Shown piece by piece: positions 13,339-26,776 of a stretch of DNA of 64,000 bases. The notes beneath the pieces are model-generated. The model saw only the letters and a list, made by a program, of their open reading frames with translations. It made no database searches and was not told the DNA's origin. The stretch is from Auanema rhodensis (taxonomy: Eukaryota > Animalia > Nematoda), in the NCBI GenBank assembly GCA_964057225.1, contig OZ059899.1:1860001-1924000 (forward strand). Reading direction: 5' to 3'. The translations under genes were made by a program, and so were the position numbers. Position 1 is the stretch's first letter. Each line of letters begins with the position of its first letter.

Positions 13339-16300
13339 TCGAAGCAGCTTAAAAATCCGCATCGAATGCACTATACAACATTGAGAAACGCTTGATACAA
13401 AAATTAGTTATGATCGTTTGAAAAATGATGCATTAGTGTATGTTGAGTTTCCATGTACACTCAACATTGCTTCCAAAAACATTTTGACAAAAATGTTTTC
13501 GAAAAATTTCAAAATAATTTAGCGAAAAGTAGATGTTTTTAGATTCCTTTTTTCAAGGCAAAGACGATGGACAATGTTATTCAACGAAAAAATTATTTCT
13601 TCAGGGTGAAAATCGAGGATATAAGTGTGAACTTATATCAGTTGATATCTCGGTGCATTTTTAAGCTAGCGCAAATCTGATAACACAGATCGACGCAGCT
13701 TAAAAATCCGCATCGAATGCACTATACTACATTGAGAAACGCTTAATACAAAAATTAGTCATGATCGTTTGAAAAATGATGCATTAGTGTATGTTGAGTT
13801 TCCATGTACACTCAACATTGCTTCCAAAAACATTTTGACAAAAATTTTTTCGAAAATTTTCAAAATAATTTAGCAAAAAGTAGATGTTTTTAGATTCCAT
13901 TTTTCAAGGCAAAGACGATAGACAATGTTATTCAACGAAAAAATTAATTCTTCAGGGTGAAAATCGAGGATATAAGTGTGAACTTATATCAGTTGATATC
14001 TCGGTGCATTTTTAAGCTAGCGCAAATCTGATAACACAGATCGAAGCAGCTTAAAAATCCGCATCGAATGCACTATACAACATTGAGAAACGCTTGATAC
14101 AAAAATTAGTTATGATCGTTTGAAAAATGATGCATTAGTGTATGTTGAGTTTCCATGTACACTCAACATTGCTTCCAAAAACATTTTGACAAAAATGTTT
14201 TCGAAAAATTTCAAAATAATTTAGCGAAAAGTAGATGTTTTTAGATTCCTTTTTTCAAGGCAAAGACGATGGACAATGTTATTCAACGAAAAAATTATTT
14301 CTTCAGGGTGAAAATCGAGGATATAAGTGTGAACTTATATCAGTTGATATCTCGGTGCATTTTTAAGCTAGCGCAAATCTGATAACACAGATCGACGCAG
14401 CTTAAAAATCCGCATCGAATGCACTATACTACATTGAGAAACGCTTAATACAAAAATTAGTCATGATCGTTTGAAAAATGATGCATTAGTGTATGTTGAG
14501 TTTCCATGTACACTCAACATTGCTTCCAAAAACATTTTGACAAAAATTTTTTCAAAAATTTTCAAAATAATTTAGCAAAAAGTAGATGTTTTTAGATTCC
14601 ATTTTTCAAGGCAAAGACGATAGACAATGTTATTCAACGAAAAAATTAATTCTTCAGGGTGAAAATCGAGGATATAAGTGTGAACTTATATCAGTTGATA
14701 TCTCGGTGCATTTTTAAGCTAGCGCAAATCTGATAACACAGATCGACGCAGCTTAAAAATCCGCATCGAATGCACTATACTACATTGAGAAACGCTTAAT
14801 ACAAAAATTAGTCATGATCGTTTGAAAAATGATGCATTAGTGTATGTTGAGTTTCCATGTACACTCAACATTGCTTCCAAAAACATTTTGACAAAAATTT
14901 TTTCGAAAATTTTCAAAATAATTTAGCGAAAAGTAGATGTTTTTAGATTCCTTTTTTCAAGGCAAAGACGATGGACAATGTTATTCAACGAAAAAATTAT
15001 TTCTTCAGGGTGAAAATCGAGGATATAAGTGTGAACTTATATCAGTTGATATCTCGGTGCATTTTTAAGCTAGCGCAAATCTGATAACACAGATCGACGC
15101 AGCTTAAAAATCCGCATCGAATGCACTATACTACATTGAGAAACGCTTAATACAAAAATTAGTCATGATCGTTTGAAAAATGATGCATTAGTGTATGTTG
15201 AGTTTCCATGTACACTCAACATTGCTTCCAAAAACATTTTGACAAAAATTTTTTCGAAAATTTTCAAAATAATTTAGCAAAAAGTAGATGTTTTTAGATT
15301 CCATTTTTCAAGGCAAAGACGATAGACAATGTTATTCAACGAAAAAATTAATTCTTCAGGGTGAAAATCGAGGATATAAGTGTGAACTTATATCAGTTGA
15401 TATCTCGGTGCATTTTTAAGCTAGCGCAAATCTGATAACACAGATCGACGCAGCTTAGAAATCCGCATCGAATGCACTATACAACATTGAGAAACGCTTG
15501 ATACAAAAATTAGTTATGATCGTTTGAAAAATGATGCATTAGTGTATGTTGAGTTTCCATGTACACTCAACATTGCTTCCAAAAACATTTTGACAAAAAT
15601 TTTTTCGAAAATTTTCAAAATAATTTAGCAAAAAGTAGATGTTTTTAGATTCCATTTTTCAAGGCAAAGACGATAGACAATGTTATTCAACGAAAAAATT
15701 AATTCTTCAGGGTGAAAATCGAGGATATAAGTGTGAACTTATATCAGTTGATATCTCGGTGCATTTTTAAGCTAGCGCAAATCTGATAACACAGATCGAA
15801 GCAGCTTAAAAATCCGCATCGAATGCACTATACAACATTGAGAAACGCTTGATACAAAAATTAGTTATGATCGTTTGAAAAATGATGCATTAGTGTATGT
15901 TGAGTTTCCATGTACACTCAACATTGCTTCCAAAAACATTTTGACAAAAATGTTTTCGAAAAATTTCAAAATAATTTAGCGAAAAGTAGATGTTTTTAGA
16001 TTCCTTTTTTCAAGGCAAAGACGATGGACAATGTTATTCAACGAAAAAATTATTTCTTCAGGGTGAAAATCGAGGATATAAGTGTGAACTTATATCAGTT
16101 GATATCTCGGTGCATTTTTAAGCTAGCGCAAATCTGATAACACAGATCGACGCAGCTTAAAAATCCGCATCGAATGCACTATACTACATTGAGAAACGCT
16201 TAATACAAAAATTAGTCATGATCGTTTGAAAAATGATGCATTAGTGTATGTTGAGTTTCCATGTACACTCAACATTGCTTCCAAAAACATTTTGACAAAA

Positions 16301-19300
16301 ATTTTTTCGAAAATTTTCAAAATAATTTAGCAAAAAGTAGATGTTTTTAGATTCCATTTTTCAAGGCAAAGACGATAGACAATGTTATTCAACGAAAAAA
16401 TTAATTCTTCAGGGTGAAAATCGAGGATATAAGTGTGAACTTATATCAGTTGATATCTCGGTGCATTTTTAAGCTAGCGCAAATCTGATAACACAGATCG
16501 AAGCAGCTTAAAAATCCGCATCGAATGCACTATACAACATTGAGAAACGCTTGATACAAAAATTAGTTATGATCGTTTGAAAAATGATGCATTAGTGTAT
16601 GTTGAGTTTCCATGTACACTCAACATTGCTTCCAAAAACATTTTGACAAAAATGTTTTCGAAAAATTTCAAAATAATTTAGCGAAAAGTAGATGTTTTTA
16701 GATTCCTTTTTTCAAGGCAAAGACGATGGACAATGTTATTCAACGAAAAAATTATTTCTTCAGGGTGAAAATCGAGGATATAAGTGTGAACTTATATCAG
16801 TTGATATCTCGGTGCATTTTTAAGCTAGCGCAAATCTGATAACACAGATCGACGCAGCTTAAAAATCCGCATCGAATGCACTATACTACATTGAGAAACG
16901 CTTAATACAAAAATTAGTCATGATCGTTTGAAAAATGATGCATTAGTGTATGTTGAGTTTCCATGTACACTCAACATTGCTTCCAAAAACATTTTGACAA
17001 AAATTTTTTCAAAAATTTTCAAAATAATTTAGCAAAAAGTAGATGTTTTTAGATTCCATTTTTCAAGGCAAAGACGATAGACAATGTTATTCAACGAAAA
17101 AATTAATTCTTCAGGGTGAAAATCGAGGATATAAGTGTGAACTTATATCAGTTGATATCTCGGTGCATTTTTAAGCTAGCGCAAATCTGATAACACAGAT
17201 CGACGCAGCTTAAAAATCCGCATCGAATGCACTATACTACATTGAGAAACGCTTAATACAAAAATTAGTCATGATCGTTTGAAAAATGATGCATTAGTGT
17301 ATGTTGAGTTTCCATGTACACTCAACATTGCTTCCAAAAACATTTTGACAAAAATTTTTTCGAAAATTTTCAAAATAATTTAGCGAAAAGTAGATGTTTT
17401 TAGATTCCTTTTTTCAAGGCAAAGACGATGGACAATGTTATTCAACGAAAAAATTATTTCTTCAGGGTGAAAATCGAGGATATAAGTGTGAACTTATATC
17501 AGTTGATATCTCGGTGCATTTTTAAGCTAGCGCAAATCTGATAACACAGATCGACGCAGCTTAAAAATCCGCATCGAATGCACTATACTACATTGAGAAA
17601 CGCTTAATACAAAAATTAGTCATGATCGTTTGAAAAATGATGCATTAGTGTATGTTGAGTTTCCATGTACACTCAACATTGCTTCCAAAAACATTTTGAC
17701 AAAAATTTTTTCGAAAATTTTCAAAATAATTTAGCAAAAAGTAGATGTTTTTAGATTCCATTTTTCAAGGCAAAGACGATAGACAATGTTATTCAACGAA
17801 AAAATTAATTCTTCAGGGTGAAAATCGAGGATATAAGTGTGAACTTATATCAGTTGATATCTCGGTGCATTTTTAAGCTAGCGCAAATCTGATAACACAG
17901 ATCGACGCAGCTTAGAAATCCGCATCGAATGCACTATACAACATTGAGAAACGCTTGATACAAAAATTAGTTATGATCGTTTGAAAAATGATGCATTAGT
18001 GTATGTTGAGTTTCCATGTACACTCAACATTGCTTCCAAAAACATTTTGACAAAAATGTTTTCGAAAAATTTCAAAATAATTTAGCGAAAAGTAGATGTT
18101 TTTAGATTCCTTTTTTCAAGGCAAAGACGATGGACAATGTTATTCAACGAAAAAATTATTTCTTCAGGGTGAAAATCGAGGATATAAGTGTGAACTTATA
18201 TCAGTTGATATCTCGGTGCATTTTTAAGCTAGCGCAAATCTGATAACACAGATCGACGCAGCTTAGAAATCCGCATCGAATGCACTATACAACATTGAGA
18301 AACGCTTAATACAAAAATTAGTCATGATCGTTTGAAAAATGATGCATTAGTGTATGTTGAGTTTCCATGTACACTCAACATTGCTTCCAAAAACATTTTG
18401 ACAAAAATTTTTTCGAAAATTTTCAAAATAATTTAGCAAAAAGTAGATGTTTTTAGATTCCATTTTTCAAGGCAAAGACGATAGACAATGTTATTCAACG
18501 AAAAAATTAATTCTTCAGGGTGAAAATCGAGGATATAAGTGTGAACTTATATCAGTTGATATCTCGGTGCATTTTTAAGCTAGCGCAAATCTGATAACAC
18601 AGATCGAAGCAGCTTAAAAATCCGCATCGAATGCACTATACAACATTGAGAAACGCTTGATACAAAAATTAGTTATGATCGTTTGAAAAATGATGCATTA
18701 GTGTATGTTGAGTTTCCATGTACACTCAACATTGCTTCCAAAAACATTTTGACAAAAATGTTTTCGAAAAATTTCAAAATAATTTAGCGAAAAGTAGATG
18801 TTTTTAGATTCCTTTTTTCAAGGCAAAGACGATGGACAATGTTATTCAACGAAAAAATTATTTCTTCAGGGTGAAAATCGAGGATATAAGTGTGAACTTA
18901 TATCAGTTGATATCTCGGTGCATTTTTAAGCTAGCGCAAATCTGATAACACAGATCGACGCAGCTTAAAAATCCGCATCGAATGCACTATACTACATTGA
19001 GAAACGCTTAATACAAAAATTAGTCATGATCGTTTGAAAAATGATGCATTAGTGTATGTTGAGTTTCCATGTACACTCAACATTGCTTCCAAAAACATTT
19101 TGACAAAAATTTTTTCGAAAATTTTCAAAATAATTTAGCAAAAAGTAGATGTTTTTAGATTCCATTTTTCAAGGCAAAGACGATAGACAATGTTATTCAA
19201 CGAAAAAATTAATTCTTCAGGGTGAAAATCGAGGATATAAGTGTGAACTTATATCAGTTGATATCTCGGTGCATTTTTAAGCTAGCGCAAATCTGATAAC

Positions 19301-21762
19301 ACAGATCGAAGCAGCTTAAAAATCCGCATCGAATGCACTATACAACATTGAGAAACGCTTGATACAAAAATTAGTTATGATCGTTTGAAAAATGATGCAT
19401 TAGTGTATGTTGAGTTTCCATGTACACTCAACATTGCTTCCAAAAACATTTTGACAAAAATGTTTTCGAAAAATTTCAAAATAATTTAGCGAAAAGTAGA
19501 TGTTTTTAGATTCCTTTTTTCAAGGCAAAGACGATGGACAATGTTATTCAACGAAAAAATTATTTCTTCAGGGTGAAAATCGAGGATATAAGTGTGAACT
19601 TATATCAGTTGATATCTCGGTGCATTTTTAAGCTAGCGCAAATCTGATAACACAGATCGACGCAGCTTAAAAATCCGCATCGAATGCACTATACTACATT
19701 GAGAAACGCTTAATACAAAAATTAGTCATGATCGTTTGAAAAATGATGCATTAGTGTATGTTGAGTTTCCATGTACACTCAACATTGCTTCCAAAAACAT
19801 TTTGACAAAAATTTTTTCGAAAATTTTCAAAATAATTTAGCAAAAAGTAGATGTTTTTAGATTCCATTTTTCAAGGCAAAGACGATAGACAATGTTATTC
19901 AACGAAAAAATTAATTCTTCAGGGTGAAAATCGAGGATATAAGTGTGAACTTATATCAGTTGATATCTCGGTGCATTTTTAAGCTAGCGCAAATCTGATA
20001 ACACAGATCGAAGCAGCTTAAAAATCCGCATCGAATGCACTATACAACATTGAGAAACGCTTGATACAAAAATTAGTTATGATCGTTTGAAAAATGATGC
20101 ATTAGTGTATGTTGAGTTTCCATGTACACTCAACATTGCTTCCAAAAACATTTTGACAAAAATGTTTTCGAAAAATTTCAAAATAATTCAGCGAAAAGTA
20201 GATGTTTTTAGATTCCTTTTTTCAAGGCAAAGACGATGGACAATGTTATTCAACGAAAAAATTATTTCTTCAGGGTGAAAATCGAGGATATAAGTGTGAA
20301 CTTATATCAGTTGATATCTCGGTGCATTTTTAAGCTAGCGCAAATCTGATAACACAGATCGACGCAGCTTAAAAATCCGCATCGAATGCACTATACTACA
20401 TTGAGAAACGCTTAATACAAAAATTAGTCATGATCGTTTGAAAAATGATGCATTAGTGTATGTTGAGTTTCCATGTACACTCAACATTGCTTCCAAAAAC
20501 ATTTTGACAAAAATTTTTTCAAAAATTTTCAAAATAATTTAGCAAAAAGTAGATGTTTTTAGATTCCATTTTTCAAGGCAAAGACGATAGACAATGTTAT
20601 TCAACGAAAAAATTAATTCTTCAGGGTGAAAATCGAGGATATAAGTGTGAACTTATATCAGTTGATATCTCGGTGCATTTTTAAGCTAGCGCAAATCTGA
20701 TAACACAGATCGACGCAGCTTAAAAATCCGCATCGAATGCACTATACTACATTGAGAAACGCTTAATACAAAAATTAGTCATGATCGTTTGAAAAATGAT
20801 GCATTAGTGTATGTTGAGTTTCCATGTACACTCAACATTGCTTCCAAAAACATTTTGACAAAAATTTTTTCGAAAATTTTCAAAATAATTTAGCGAAAAG
20901 TAGATGTTTTTAGATTCCTTTTTTCAAGGCAAAGACGATGGACAATGTTATTCAACGAAAAAATTATTTCTTCAGGGTGAAAATCGAGGATATAAGTGTG
21001 AACTTATATCAGTTGATATCTCGGTGCATTTTTAAGCTAGCGCAAATCTGATAACACAGATCGACGCAGCTTAAAAATCCGCATCGAATGCACTATACTA
21101 CATTGAGAAACGCTTAATACAAAAATTAGTCATGATCGTTTGAAAAATGATGCATTAGTGTATGTTGAGTTTCCATGTACACTCAACATTGCTTCCAAAA
21201 ACATTTTGACAAAAATTTTTTCGAAAATTTTCAAAATAATTTAGCAAAAAGTAGATGTTTTTAGATTCCATTTTTCAAGGCAAAGACGATAGACAATGTT
21301 ATTCAACGAAAAAATTAATTCTTCAGGGTGAAAATCGAGGATATAAGTGTGAACTTATATCAGTTGATATCTCGGTGCATTTTTAAGCTAGCGCAAATCT
21401 GATAACACAGATCGACGCAGCTTAGAAATCCGCATCGAATGCACTATACAACTTTGAGAAACGCTTGATACAAAAATTAGTTATGATCGTTTGAAAAATG
21501 ATGCATTAGTGTATGTTGAGTTTCCATGTACACTCAACATTGCTTCCAAAAACATTTTGACAAAAATGTTTTCGAAAAATTTCAAAATAATTTAGCGAAA
21601 AGTAGATGTTTTTAGATTCCTTTTTTCAAGGCAAAGACGATGGACAATGTTATTCAACGAAAAAATTATTTCTTCAGGGTGAAAATCGAGGATATAAGTG
21701 TGAACTTATATCAGTTGATATCTCGGTGCATTTTTAAGCTAGCGCAAATCTGATAACACAGA
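13339..21762 (+). repeat. 7-monomer (2457-bp) higher-order unit, two copies plus an expanded third
   Basis: The TCG>TCA marker followed by an A/B hybrid monomer occurs at 14554, 17011 (+7 monomers) and 20521 (+10 monomers). Confidence 0.75.
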
Positions 21763-24700
21763 TCGACGCAGCTTAAAAATCCGCATCGAATGCACTATAC
21801 TACATTGAGAAACGCTTAATACAAAAATTAGTCATGATCGTTTGAAAAATGATGCATTAGTGTATGTTGAGTTTCCATGTACACTCAACATTGCTTCCAA
21901 AAACATTTTGACAAAAATTTTTTCGAAAATTTTCAAAATAATTTAGCAAAAAGTAGATGTTTTTAGATTCCATTTTTCAAGGCAAAGACGATAGACAATG
22001 TTATTCAACGAAAAAATTAATTCTTCAGGGTGAAAATCGAGGATATAAGTGTGAACTTATATCAGTTGATATCTCGGTGCATTTTTAAGCTAGCGCAAAT
22101 CTGATAACACAGATCGACGCAGCTTAGAAATCCGCATCGAATGCACTATACAACATTGAGAAGCGCTTGATACAAAAATTAGTTATGATCGTTTGAAAAA
22201 TGATGCATTAGTGTATGTTGAGTTTCCATGTACACTCAACATTGCTTCCAAAAACATTTTGACAAAAATGTTTTCGAAAAATTTCAAAATAATTTAGCGA
22301 AAAGTAGATGTTTTTAGATTCCTTTTTTCAAGGCAAAGACGATGGACAATGTTATTCAACGAAAAAATTATTTCTTCAGGGTGAAAATCGAGGATATAAG
22401 TGTGAACTTATATCAGTTGATATCTCGGTGCATTTTTAAGCTAGCGCAAATCTGATAACACAGATCGACGCAGCTTAAAAATCCGCATCGAATGCACTAT
22501 ACTACATTGAGAAACGCTTAATACAAAAATTAGTCATGATCGTTTGAAAAATGATGCATTAGTGTATGTTGAGTTTCCATGTACACTCAACATTGCTTCC
22601 AAAAACATTTTGACAAAAATTTTTTCGAAAATTTTCAAAATAATTTAGCAAAAAGTAGATGTTTTTAGATTCCATTTTTCAAGGCAAAGACGATAGACAA
22701 TGTTATTCAACGAAAAAATTAATTCTTCAGGGTGAAAATCGAGGATATAAGTGTGAACTTATATCAGTTGATATCTCGGTGCATTTTTAAGCTAGCGCAA
22801 ATCTGATAACACAGATCGACGCAGCTTAGAAATCCGCATCGAATGCACTATACAACATTGAGAAGCGCTTGATACAAAAATTAGTTATGATCGTTTGAAA
22901 AATGATGCATTAGTGTATGTTGAGTTTCCATGTACACTCAACATTGCTTCCAAAAACATTTTGACAAAAATGTTTTCGAAAAATTTCAAAATAATTTAGC
23001 GAAAAGTAGATGTTTTTAGATTCCTTTTTTCAAGGCAAAGACGATGGACAATGTTATTCAACGAAAAAATTATTTCTTCAGGGTGAAAATCGAGGATATA
23101 AGTGTGAACTTATATCAGTTGATATCTCGGTGCATTTTTAAGCTAGCGCAAATCTGATAACACAGATCGACGCAGCTTAAAAATCCGCATCGAATGCACT
23201 ATACTACATTGAGAAACGCTTAATACAAAAATTAGTCATGATCGTTTGAAAAATGATGCATTAGTGTATGTTGAGTTTCCATGTACACTCAACATTGCTT
23301 CCAAAAACATTTTGACAAAAATGTTTTCGAAAAATTTCAAAATAATTTAGCGAAAAGTAGATGTTTTTAGATTCCTTTTTTCAAGGCAAAGACGATGGAC
23401 AATGTTATTCAACGAAAAAACTATTTCTTCAGGGTGAAAATCGAGGATATAAGTGTGAACTTATATCAGTTGATATCTCGGTGCATTTTTAAGCTAGCGC
23501 AAATCTGATAACACAGATCGACGCAGCTTAAAAATCCGCATCGAATGCACTATACTACATTGAGAAACGCTTAATACAAAAATTAGTCATGATCGTTTGA
23601 AAAATGATGCATTAGTGTATGTTGAGTTTCCATGTACACTCAACATTGCTTCCAAAAACATTTTGACAAAAATTTTTTCGAAAATTTTCAAAATAATTTA
23701 GCAAAAAGTAGATGTTTTTAGATTCCATTTTTCAAGGCAAAGACGATGGACAATGTTATTCAACGAAAAAATTAATTCTTCAGGGTGAAAATCGAGGATA
23801 TAAGTGTGAACTTATATCAGTTGATATCTCGGTGCATTTTTAAGCTAGCGCAAATCTGATAACACAGATCGACGCAGCTTAAAAATCCGCATCGAATGCA
23901 CTATTTAACATTGAGAAACGCTTGATACAAAAGTTAGTTATGATCGTTTGAAAAATGATGCATTAGTGTATGTTGAGTTTCCATGTACACTCAACATTGC
24001 TTCCAAAAACATTTTGACAAAAATGTTTTCGAAAAATTTCAAAATAATTTAGCGAAAAGTAGATGTTTTTAGATTCCTTTTTTCAAGGCAAAGACGATGG
24101 ACAATGTTATTCAACGAAAAAATTATTTCTTCAGGGTGAAAATCGAGGATATAAGTGTGAACTTATATCAGTTGATATCTCGGTGCATTTTTTAGCTAGC
24201 GCAAATCTGATAACACAGATCGACGCAGCTTAAAAATCCGCATCGAATGCACTATACAACATTGAGAAACGCTTGATACAAAAATTAGTTATGATCGTTT
24301 GAAAAATGATGCATTAGTGTATGTTGAGTTTCCATGTACACTCAACATTGCTTCCAAAAACATTTTGACAAAAATTTTTTCGAAAATTTTCAAAATAATT
24401 TAGCAAAAAGTAGATGTTTTTAGATTCCAGTTTTCAAGGCAAAGACGATAGACAATGTTATTCAACGAAAAAATTAATTCTTCAGGGTGAAAATCGAGGA
24501 TATAAGTGTGAACTTATATCAGTTGATATCTCGGTGCATTTTTAAGCTAGCGCAAATCTGATTACACAGATCGACGCAGCTTAAAAATCCGCATCGAATG
24601 CACTATACTACATTGAGAAACGCTTAATACAAAAATTAGTCATGATCGTTTGAAAAATGATGCATTAGTGTATGTTGAGTTTCCATGTACACTCAACATT

Positions 24701-26684
24701 GCTTCCAAAAACATTTTGACAAAAATTTTTTCGAAAAATTTCAAAATAATTTAGCGAAAAGTAGATGTTTTTAGATTCCTTTTTTCAAGGCAAAGACGAT
24801 GGACAATGTTATTCAACGAAAAAATTATTTCTTCAGGGTGAAAATCGAGGATATAAGTGTGAACTTATATCAGTTGATATCTCGGTGCATTTTTAAGCTA
24901 GCGCAAATCTGATAACACAGATCGACGCAGCTTAAAAATCCGCATCGAATGCACTATACAACATTGAGAAACGCTTAATACAAAAATTAGTTATGATCGT
25001 TTGAAAAATGATGCATTAGTGTATGTTGAGTTTCCATGTACACTCAACATTGCTTCCAAAAACATTTTGACAAAAATTTTTTCGAAAATTTTCAAAATAA
25101 TTTAGCAAAAAGTAGATGTTTTTAGATTCCAGTTTTCAAGGCAAAGACGATAGACAATGTTATTCAACGAAAAAATTAATTCTTCAGGGTGAAAATCGAG
25201 GATATAAGTGTGAACTTATATCAGTTGATATCTCGGTGCATTTTTAAGCTAGCGCAAATCTGATAACACAGATCGACGCAGCTTAAAAATCCGCATCGAA
25301 TGCACTATACAACATTGAGAAACGCTTAATACAAAAATTAGTCATGATCGTTTGAAAAATGATGCATTAGTGTATGTTGAGTTTCCATGTACACTCAATA
25401 TTGCTTCCAAAAACATTTTGACAAAAATTTTTTCGAAAAATTTCAGAATAATTTAGCAAAAAGTAGATGTTTTTAGAGTCCATTTTTCAAGGCAAAGACG
25501 ATAGACAATGTTATTCAACGAAAAAATTAATTCTTCAGGGTGAAAATCGAGGATATAAGTGTAAACTTATATCAGTTGATATCTCGGTGCATTTTTAAGC
25601 TAGCGCAAATCTGATAACACAGATCGACGCAGCTTAAAAATCCGCATCGAATGCACTATACAACATTGAGAAACGCTTGATACAAAAATTAGTTATGATC
25701 GTTTGAAAAATGATGCATTAGTGTATGTTGAGTTTCCATGTACACTCAATATTGCTTCCAAAAACATTTTGACAAAAATTTTTTCGAAAAATTTCAGAAT
25801 AATTTAGCAAAAAGTAGATGTTTTTAGAGTCCATTTTTCAAGGCAAAGACGATAGACAATGTTATTCAACGAAAAAATTAATTCTTCAGGGTGAAAATCG
25901 AGGATATAAGTGTAAACTTATATCAGTTGATATCTCGGTGCATTTTTAAGCTAGCGCAAATCTGATAACACAGATCGACGCAGCTTAAAAATCCGCATCG
26001 AATGCACTATACAACATTGAGAAACGCTTGATACAAAAATTAGTTATGATCGTTTGAAAAATGATGCATTAGTGTATGTTGAGTTTCCATGTACACTCAA
26101 CATTGCTTCCAAAAACATTTTGACAAAAATTTTTTCGAAAATTTTCAAAATAATTTAGCAAAAAGTAGATGTTTTTAGATTCCAGTTCTCAAGGCAAAGA
26201 CGATAGACAATGTTATTCAACGAAAAAATTAATTCTTCAGGGTGAAAATCGAGGATATAAGTGTGAACTTATATCAGTTGATATCTCGGTGCATTTTTAA
26301 GCTAGCGCAAATCTGATAACACAGATCGACGCAGCTTAAAAATCCGCATCGAATGCACTATACAACATTGAGAAACGCTTAATACAAAAATTAGTCATGA
26401 TCGTTTGAAAAATGATGCATTAGTGTATGTTGAGTTTCCATGTACACTCAACATTGCTTCCAAAAACATTTTGACAAAAATTTTTTCGAAAAATTTCAAA
26501 ATAATTTAGCGAAAAGTAGATGTTTTTAGATTCCTTTTTTCAAGGCAAAGACGATGGACAATGTTATTCAACGAAAAAATTATTTCTTCAGGGTGAAAAT
26601 CGAGGATATAAGTGTGAACTTATATCAGTTGATATCTAGGTGCATTTTTAAGCTAGCGCAAATCTGATAACACAGATCGACGCA

Positions 26685-26776
26685 GCTTAAAAATCCGCAT
26701 CGAATGCACTATACTACATTGAGAAACGCTTAATACAAAAATTAGTCATGATCGTTTGAAAAATGATGTGCGTCGA
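26685..26776. other. Orientation-switch (inversion) junction and 84-bp unpaired spacer of the macro-inverted repeat
   Basis: The forward monomer starting at 26677 stops at offset 92 (...AAAAATGATG, 26768). The reverse monomer starts at offset 8 (TGCGTCGA, 26769). No foreign bases are present. Offsets 9-92 (26685-26768) have no mirrored partner at the centre. Confidence 0.97.

Larger units (their letters stand above)
1..15795 (+). repeat. 26-monomer (9126-bp) higher-order duplication
   Basis: Rare-variant monomers recur in the same order 9126 bp apart: GCTCAA/GCTACC (1 and 9127), GCAACT/ATGCGC/GAGCG (352, 703 and 9478, 9829), TTTCAAAA (5428 and 14554), and TTAGAAA (monomers at 6319 and 15445). 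Confidence 0.85.
1756..23868 (+). repeat. Alternating A/B monomer dimer (702 bp), interrupted at about 8074-11583
   Basis: Type A (GTCATG, AAAATTTT, GCAAAA, CCA, GATAG, ATTAAT) mostly alternates with type B (GTTATG, AATGTTTT, GCGAAA, CCT, GATGG, ATTATT), with occasional hybrid monomers. Confidence 0.85.
1..26768 (+). repeat. 351-bp satellite DNA tandem array, forward-orientation block (76 monomers + 92 bp)
   Basis: The monomer start TCGA(C/A)GCAGC recurs at 1, 352, 7021, 14041, 21061 and 26677, all equal to 1+351n, so there is no net indel. Copies differ at only a few recurrent SNP sites. About 110/351 bases are G+C. Confidence 0.99.

Noticed and set aside
20087-20278. 63-aa ORF on the + strand
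   Set aside because: It is an ordinary satellite monomer in which one T>C change at 20189 turns TAG into CAG. It starts at TTG, has a K/F-rich composition driven by A/T tracts, and is closed in the other copies.
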